Source: a bacterium
GTDB lineage: Bacteria; Patescibacteriota; Minisyncoccia; Moranbacterales; DUUL01
DNA length: 64,000 nt
Direction of reading: 5' to 3'
Assembly: GCA_018675685.1 (NCBI GenBank)
Contig: JABGXP010000007.1
Span: 49,283 to 113,282, forward strand
Shown: positions 60,801 to 64,000 of the stretch, in pieces
How the letters are laid out: every line of letters starts with the position of its first letter
Position numbering within the stretch: the first letter of the stretch is position 1
Translations under genes and position numbers: made by a program
The notes under the pieces: model-generated
Databases searched by the model: none
What the model saw: the letters and a program-made list of their open reading frames with translations, nothing else
What the model was told of the DNA's origin: nothing

Positions 60801-62323
60801 CGAATACAACAGCTCCAGGGGCCCCAATTAATGTCCAAATTTTTGACACCTCAGATCGAGAAAACGAAGAATACAGCGTGGCAGTTAAATGGACGGCACC
60901 GGGAGCAATGGACGAAGAAAACTTCTCAGGTTATGTGATTTATAGTTCAGAAGACCAGGAGACTTGGACTCAAGTTGCAACAACTTCGGGGACAGCTTAT
61001 GTAGACACTGAACTGGAGAGCAAAATGTATTATTATTACTTAAAAGCCAAAGACAATACCAATAATTTATCGATTGCTTCAAGTGAAGTTAGCATTATTC
61101 CGACCGGTCGTTATACTAGTCCACCGACTTTAGTGACAGAACCTGAGCCTACTATTCACGCCTTTGAGGCAGAATTTACCTGGGCTACTAATCGAGTCGC
61201 TAGTTCATTTATTGAATATGGAAAGTCTATGTCATTAAGTGAAACCACAGGACAGGTAGACAGTGTGACAGCCCATTTAGTTGAAGTTAAAGGTTTGAGC
61301 GCCGAAACTAAATATTATTATCGAGCTAAATATATTGATCCAGATGGAAACATCGGAATGTCTGATATTTATACAATAGAAACATTCCCGCCTCCAACAA
61401 TTTCCGAAGTTGTTATTGCCGACATTGGTCTTAATTCAGCTACGATTTCTTGGAGTACTAATGCAAGTGCTACTTGTACTTTTAAATATGGAGAAGGTTC
61501 ATTGGGAAGCACCATCGAAGAATCTTCGTCGGGAAGCAGTCATGTAACAAAGCTCAGTGATTTAAATAGTTCGAGCACCTATAAATTTCAGATAGACGCT
61601 ATTGACGGAGATCTTAATGAATTTAGTTCAGATGAATATAATTTTACAACTCTTGAACAGCCAATGGTAAGTGATTTAACAGTCGAGAACAAAGATAATG
61701 TTGATCTCCCAACAGTGATAGTCAAGTATAAAACTAGCCTCGAGACTACGACTTTGGTTAAATTTAAATATGACGGAGAGGCTTCATTTCATAATAATTT
61801 AAATAATGAGAAAAAAATAGAACACGAAGTTGAGATTGAAGGTCTCGCGCCATCAGTTGAATATGAAATTGTGGCAAGTGGAACGGATGCTTTTGGAGTA
61901 GAAGCTGTTACACAAGAAGTTAAAATAAAAACTAGAGCAGATAGTCGTCCTCCAGGAGTTTTGAGTAATCGAGCAGTAGGAAGAGTTATTGGAAGAGGGA
62001 AAAATTCAAATGCCAATATGTATGTTAAAATTGAAACAGATGAATCAACGACAGCTAAAATTTTCTACAACAGTGGTGTTGCAACAAGTAATTTTGAGCA
62101 AAGTTCAGCTGAGGACCCTTTCAACACATATCATTTGATAACCATTCCCGTTGATCCAGGTCAGGCCTATAGTTATATTGTTAAACTCTTCGATGAATCT
62201 GGAAATGAAACTGTGACAAAACCATCAACAATAGTGGTAGAGGGCGCAAAACAAAATGCAACTGAAATCGTTACAGGTACTTTTGTGAATAAATTTAATT
62301 GGATGACAAAACTATGGGAGTAA
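54869..62323 (+). CDS. Giant (2484 aa) membrane-anchored surface protein: multiple Kelch-type beta-propeller repeat arrays, duplicated interdomain modules, C-terminal FN3-like domains
   Basis: N-terminal K-rich cytoplasmic tail plus one TM/signal anchor (VKIALILVLIYLVTPGSLGA); >40 repeats of ~47 aa with F[YW]RYD[IV]..N.W..L...P (Kelch-like); two copies of paired modules (…TRSSDDEATWSAWE… / …HPYFSWSG…GSGVAGYYVY…); FN3-like domains near the C-terminus (e.g. ETKYYYRAKY). ORF opens with TTG at 54869; no in-frame ATG before the TM helix. Confidence 0.7.
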   Translation: MKKNLSRAKIKKFSKSFLFGKKAKEKSLRIRDFLRLSGSKKVKEKETSTRKRLSEKEIKKIIGKKYYFIKAGSFFSSGLACFLKSFFKFFRKLSFQTVKIALILVLIYLVTPGSLGAPESQTITTRSQWEAGTLTEVSTTSSLDAIQLETAGTWEARAWAPTPDTVSFGSASALVGDYLYLARGYGDKAFYRYDINRNEWSLIDDLPQPSHYGADISYDGAGNLYFIFGGYSKDFYRYNIENEEWTQLPDLLDTVYQGASIEFDGTDFYIPRGQASTDFWRFDVSENSWYNLAPVPSTVYRGSNMVYGENGKMYLNRGYNQRTFWEYDISSNVWTAKTITPASFYGEQKGAYYDGHIYYLRSNNTNLFYRYDIAGDSWETLENTPLTNNYSSINYNSDDGNFYVVRANGQYTLWKFDPESGSNGEWLGPEDLPATANTGADLIWNQVTGAGAYIFAARGGGTNFYRYDISANGWETRASAPGALRYDTKGTFHDGYVYIPQGGNNTSFYRYDTVANSWTTLAAAPATLRYGSNASYNTDDGYIYVNRGNAQDDFYRYDIAGDSWEIIDDIITAEGTSYRPYSGGRMISDGTDLYLMPGDGESAFLKYDTGTNIWSELSRSPFAQYYGTDMTYYNGKIHALAGNYKDDNWVYDIAEDSWIKLRNVQKYTYNRGPYNGASIEYAGGNSFYALPGGGTVDMWSYTLSASNYEDSGTYVSESIDLSHVDSFSTLTGVEDVPVNTAIVYQTRSSDDEATWSAWEALGSSSTIQSDERRYLQVKIILSNTDGISTPTVYSYSIIYVSEDVDPQNPDTILAYSQRISGDTLVSEVAYRHAHPYFSWSGATDSGSGVAGYYVYYGSDENADPESVGVFQITDSFQVNIGMTTGNYYLRIKTKDEEANTEDETWEAFTYNYQGASPYLTETVTSQEDFEAGSAETTNVSTSNEVGSVQLEHTDGFWRESRLSYLPVGIRYGGELQYAEAENKIYTFRGNNATSFYAYNLTTEVWETLSPAPETVRMGGSIVKGPDGYLYGSRGQNTPTFWRYDIEDDSWAVMASAPKNFYYGASLNYDDDRYVYALPGNEDAFYRYDTQSNQWTTLTNAEFDNPNEGDGQRAYIGSDGVFDGDNTIYYLQGNYYPYFAKYTIEEDSEAGDEADTWTPLEKAPIGIYSGGSLAYHSDSETVYMLSGNYRQNFFKYDVGSATWSSLPEIPSYAEYGASLEVVGDYIYATRGAGSTAFYRFSIEENSWEVPQRGFFGPSTNAGSNYFDYQRGTEMEEDGSGNIYIMRGDYSDEFGVYHIESGEFSKLANLPVGAYNGAAMVYNEDEGVIYVTNGAIRTDRAGTTHNYFMKYTVSTNVWEIITADRFPYQTNYGSSMVYDGDQYIYSTRGSGSSVWYRYDTLASEGSRWSTALPTISGWVQHYGGQIIYKDVSGTDYIYSTRGGNTNQFYRYDVDGNSWLRMADVPGNVYIGGSLSDGKDGYLYATRGYNSTDFYRYDISNNTWSTIEDVPAQVYYGGSSIFENNYVWTTAGSGTNSYRDGLYSYLVSSEGNDVGFEKTGSYQTNTLDLTDVYHWANLEVDYSSPNNTSLVFYTRSSSDESEWSAWDVATNKESRGSDQYLYNIVSPVARYIQIKAEFSSSDQVYSSLLKEIKVNYYQDIVAPNNPSTTSVYSDNTKTTEISTSTWYSHPNPYFEWPEAEQTDGASDGIDGSGVAGYYVYFGTNAAEDPFVSGMEQTNVTYEPNDLISGDTYYLKIKTIDNAGKVSANSYTAFIYEYDATVPTNPTDTAVTPAGYTAADSYSFLWEADAADLHSGLSKLQYQTGGDGDTWYDISDPATISLELPNLDHVDAAYQSGKNWFYLRTVDQAGNVSTAMEQAYYFSLSAPSPPRNLTVTPVVSTSNNFSFEWEQPESFIGDESKLKYLYSINTLPNAYNTITTTLTAAGPGPFATQKGANRIYVVAMDEAENVDYELFAHVDFEANTTAPGAPINVQIFDTSDRENEEYSVAVKWTAPGAMDEENFSGYVIYSSEDQETWTQVATTSGTAYVDTELESKMYYYYLKAKDNTNNLSIASSEVSIIPTGRYTSPPTLVTEPEPTIHAFEAEFTWATNRVASSFIEYGKSMSLSETTGQVDSVTAHLVEVKGLSAETKYYYRAKYIDPDGNIGMSDIYTIETFPPPTISEVVIADIGLNSATISWSTNASATCTFKYGEGSLGSTIEESSSGSSHVTKLSDLNSSSTYKFQIDAIDGDLNEFSSDEYNFTTLEQPMVSDLTVENKDNVDLPTVIVKYKTSLETTTLVKFKYDGEASFHNNLNNEKKIEHEVEIEGLAPSVEYEIVASGTDAFGVEAVTQEVKIKTRADSRPPGVLSNRAVGRVIGRGKNSNANMYVKIETDESTTAKIFYNSGVATSNFEQSSAEDPFNTYHLITIPVDPGQAYSYIVKLFDESGNETVTKPSTIVVEGAKQNATEIVTGTFVNKFNWMTKLWE

Positions 62324-63153
62324 AACAAAGTAGAAAAAAAAGAATAGAAAATTTCTTTGGAAACTCTTCTCAGTCAAAGTCTCCAAACGTAGAAGGAAAT
62401 AAAGAAATAAAAAACGAGAAAGAACCAGGGAGTCAAGAGAAAAGTAAAGTTTCTCGGATTGTCAAAAAAAATAATAATTCAAAAGAAATTGTCGTTTCTG
62501 TTGAGAATATTAAGAAGAATTTTATCGTTGGTGAAAATAATATCGAAGTTTTAAAGGGAATAGATGTCCAAATTAAAAAGGGAGATTTTGCTATGTTGGT
62601 AGGCCCTTCTGGTTGTGGAAAATCAACCTTATTACATATTATCTATGGATTGGAGTCACCGACTGAAGGCAAAGTCAGAATCTACGGTGATGATATTTGG
62701 TCACATAGCAAAAATTGGCGAGCAGATTTTAGAAATAGCAGTGTTGGATTTATTCCTCAGCAAGCTTTTTGGCTTAAATCATTAAGCGTTCTAGAAAATG
62801 TAGCAATTCCAGCTGTAATTGGAGGAAAGAAGTTTCATGAGGGTCTTGAGAAGGCAGCAGAGATGTTGGAATTAGTTGGGATGGCAAATTGGGCTCACCA
62901 TCGACCATATGATCTTTCTGGTGGACAACAACAAAGAGTAGCTTTGGCCAGGTCTTTATTATTGAATCCATGGCTGATAATTGCTGATGAACCGATTGGG
63001 AATTTAGATCAAAAATCAGGGACGGAATTAATGGATTTAATCCAAGATCTTAATAAAAATTTCAAACTAACTATATTGATGGTGACGCATAATCAAGAGC
63101 AGTTTAAGTATGCTAATAAAGTGATCAAAGTTGTAGACGGTGTGATTGTTTAA
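62314..63153 (+). CDS. ABC transporter ATP-binding protein, MacB/LolD/FtsE type
   Basis: Walker A GPSGCGKST, Q-loop FIPQ, signature LSGGQQQRVALAR, Walker B LIIADEPIGNLD; ATG overlaps the giant gene stop; low-complexity N-terminal extension. Confidence 0.8.
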   Translation: MGVKQSRKKRIENFFGNSSQSKSPNVEGNKEIKNEKEPGSQEKSKVSRIVKKNNNSKEIVVSVENIKKNFIVGENNIEVLKGIDVQIKKGDFAMLVGPSGCGKSTLLHIIYGLESPTEGKVRIYGDDIWSHSKNWRADFRNSSVGFIPQQAFWLKSLSVLENVAIPAVIGGKKFHEGLEKAAEMLELVGMANWAHHRPYDLSGGQQQRVALARSLLLNPWLIIADEPIGNLDQKSGTELMDLIQDLNKNFKLTILMVTHNQEQFKYANKVIKVVDGVIV

Positions 63154-63168
63154 AAATTGTTTTAAAAA

Positions 63169-64000
63169 ATGAAACAACGATCAATTAAAAAAATTGATAA
63201 AAATAAGGGTTTTCTAATGACGACCCCCAAGAAGGAAGGTAAAGGAAAGGGCTGCAATATTAGCTTGGCCATGATTGTTTTTTTGGGCTGGAGAAATTTG
63301 AAAGTTAACAAGACTCGCTCTGTTTTAACTGTAGGTGGAGTGGCTCTGGGAATTGGAATTATCTCTTTTTTACTTTGCATGGGATTCGGAATTCAAAGAA
63401 TGATCATTGAGGAAGTGACAAAGAATAACCCTAGAAATATTTTAGATATAAACAATGGTAATTTAGATAGTTTTGTTTCTTTGAATGATGAGTTTATTGA
63501 AAAAATAGCAGGGATTGAGGGAGTGGAAAGAATCGAAAGACAAGTTAATACCGGAGGAAAAGTTTTTATTGCTGATTCTCAAACAGACGCAGTAATTTAT
63601 GGTGCTAACAGTGGTTATTTGGAATTAGCTAGGATAAAATATAGTCAAAACGAAACTGAATATGTTGATGATCAAGCTAATATTATTATTTCTTCTAAAT
63701 TAGCTGCTCTCTTGGGCTTCGAAAGACCAGCTGAAATTATTGGGGAAAAAATTAAATTTGACGCTGTAGTTTCTAAGGAAATTTCTTCTGGAATGCAAGA
63801 AGAAACAACTAAAACTGAAAATGAGGCCACAATAGTTGGTTTTGTTCAAGATAATGCTTCCTTTTTTTACATACCATTTGATTATTTAAAAGATAATCTT
63901 GGAATTGATTTTGCTCAAAGTGGAAAAGTATTAGTTAATGATGTGGAAAGCTTTGGAATGATTGAAGGACAAATTGAACAAATCGGTTTTTTAACTGAAA
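63169..64000 (+). CDS. ABC transporter permease, FtsX/MacB-like (3' end beyond window)
   Basis: First TM helix (TVGGVALGIGIISFLLCMGFGI), then a large extracytoplasmic MacB-type domain; ORF runs off the window end. Confidence 0.6.
   Translation, partial: MKQRSIKKIDKNKGFLMTTPKKEGKGKGCNISLAMIVFLGWRNLKVNKTRSVLTVGGVALGIGIISFLLCMGFGIQRMIIEEVTKNNPRNILDINNGNLDSFVSLNDEFIEKIAGIEGVERIERQVNTGGKVFIADSQTDAVIYGANSGYLELARIKYSQNETEYVDDQANIIISSKLAALLGFERPAEIIGEKIKFDAVVSKEISSGMQEETTKTENEATIVGFVQDNASFFYIPFDYLKDNLGIDFAQSGKVLVNDVESFGMIEGQIEQIGFLTE

Noticed and set aside
54869-62323. Highly repetitive DNA suggesting a CRISPR or tandem-repeat array
   Set aside because: Repeats are at the protein level (47-aa Kelch blades with divergent nucleotide sequence) inside one continuous ORF; there are no short identical direct repeats with unique spacers.

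Overview
Low-GC (~35%) window in standard genetic code with the gene content of a reduced-genome, likely episymbiotic Patescibacteria/CPR-type anaerobe. Housekeeping genes: gyrA, trpS, guaB/guaA, rplS, rpsO, rsgA, gap, class II fba, pyrE/pyrF-like genes, an RluA-family pseudouridine synthase, rubrerythrin plus desulfoferrodoxin, five tRNAs (Pro, Val, two Leu, Ser). These are mixed with a large accessory complement of membrane and surface proteins. The calls below rest on motifs read from the ORF translations and hairpins/promoters read from the DNA; no database search was possible. The main accessory loci are: (1) positions 59-5346, a tandem array of seven genes (nine domain copies) for small bitopic TrbC/VirB2-like 'T4SS-pilin-like' proteins, with a 535-aa polytopic GT-C-like membrane protein embedded in the array; (2) 53057-64000, a response regulator, a 3'-truncated PilB/GspE ATPase remnant, and a 2484-aa Kelch-propeller/FN3 surface protein (apparent TTG start, extended -10 promoter) translationally coupled to a MacB/FtsEX-like ABC exporter; (3) 47928-52682, two recently duplicated ferritin-like four-helix-bundle genes with conserved promoters, flanking an inverted cassette of a Cys-repeat/MORN secreted protein and a Tat-signal protein; (4) 39016-44398, a redox cluster of a NapH/NosR-like polyferredoxin, two paralogous ECF sigma/membrane-protein pairs, ApbE flavin transferase and a bis-heme ferric-reductase-like membrane protein; (5) a radical SAM/SPASM plus LOG-like pair, and an operon of small proteins including a Cys-rich peptide. 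No CRISPR array, transposase or integrase was seen.
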